A DNA stretch of 64,000 nucleotides from a virus. Location of the stretch: positions 6,243 to 70,242 of the IMG/VR virus record IMGVR_UViG_3300009180_000039. One strand, 5' to 3'. Both the position numbers and the translations under genes were made by a program. Within the stretch, counting starts at the first letter, position 1; every line of letters begins with the position of its first letter. The notes beneath the pieces are model-generated. The model was not told the origin of the DNA. It made no database searches and worked only from the letters and a program-made list of their open reading frames with translations. Positions 63,910 through 64,000 of this stretch are shown piece by piece.

Positions 63910-64000
63910 TAGGTACTAGGTACTAGGTACTAGGTACTAGGTACTAGGTACTAGGTACTAGGTACTAGGTACTAGGTACTAGGTACTAGGTACTAGGTAC
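63910..64000. repeat. Heptamer tandem array (TAGGTAC)13+, cut off by the window edge
   Basis: 13 perfect units up to base 64000. Confidence 0.98.

Larger units (their letters stand above)
1..64000. mobile_element. Tailed dsDNA bacteriophage genome segment (siphovirus-like; no lysogeny module seen)
   Basis: Terminase-portal-protease-capsid-neck-tail-tape measure gene order plus a full phage replication arm; no sheath, integrase or host housekeeping genes. Confidence 0.97.

Noticed and set aside
1-64000. Amber (TAG) stop-codon reassignment
   Set aside because: Long conserved genes are intact in code 11 and several (capsid, phoH, FkbM) end properly at TAG; no suppressor tRNA is seen. The single in-frame TAG at 62189 is better explained as a relic.

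Overview
The whole window reads as part of a dsDNA tailed-phage genome with siphovirus-type morphogenesis genes. No integrase, repressor or host genes are seen. Layout: (i) 1-3.6 kb, minus-strand small unknown genes separated by tRNA-like minihelices and a (GTTG)10 microsatellite; (ii) 3.6-4.7 kb, a non-coding region with palindromic 38-bp repeats; (iii) 4.7-28.3 kb, a plus-strand packaging/head/tail module (TerL, portal, prohead protease, capsid, frameshifted tail chaperone, tape measure, a 913-aa Cys/Thr-rich tip protein, a GT2-methyltransferase fusion), with a papain-like protease/lipoprotein cassette and no recognisable endolysin; (iv) 28.4-64 kb, a mostly minus-strand replication/recombination arm (split SbcC with SbcD, split family-A polymerase, beta clamp, clamp loader, RecA, SSB, DnaB, primase, SNF2 helicase, sigma-like factor, PhoH, three HNH endonucleases, GT11, a degenerate tRNA-Trp, a 150-nt structured RNA). 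Three things stand out. First, a repeated control cassette (sense promoter, conserved hairpin, counter-promoter in the first codons) precedes the three HNH genes and a small second A-superfamily polymerase; that polymerase abuts a (TAGGTAC)n array, with an inverted sister array 4.7 kb away, which resembles a plasmid rep + antisense RNA + iteron module. Second, Thr-rich 'TTTT.AP' tags sit on several virion proteins alongside three glycosyltransferase genes and an FkbM-type methyltransferase gene, suggesting virion O-glycosylation. Third, several tRNA-like RNA elements are present. All functional calls come from motif recognition by eye; no database searches were run.
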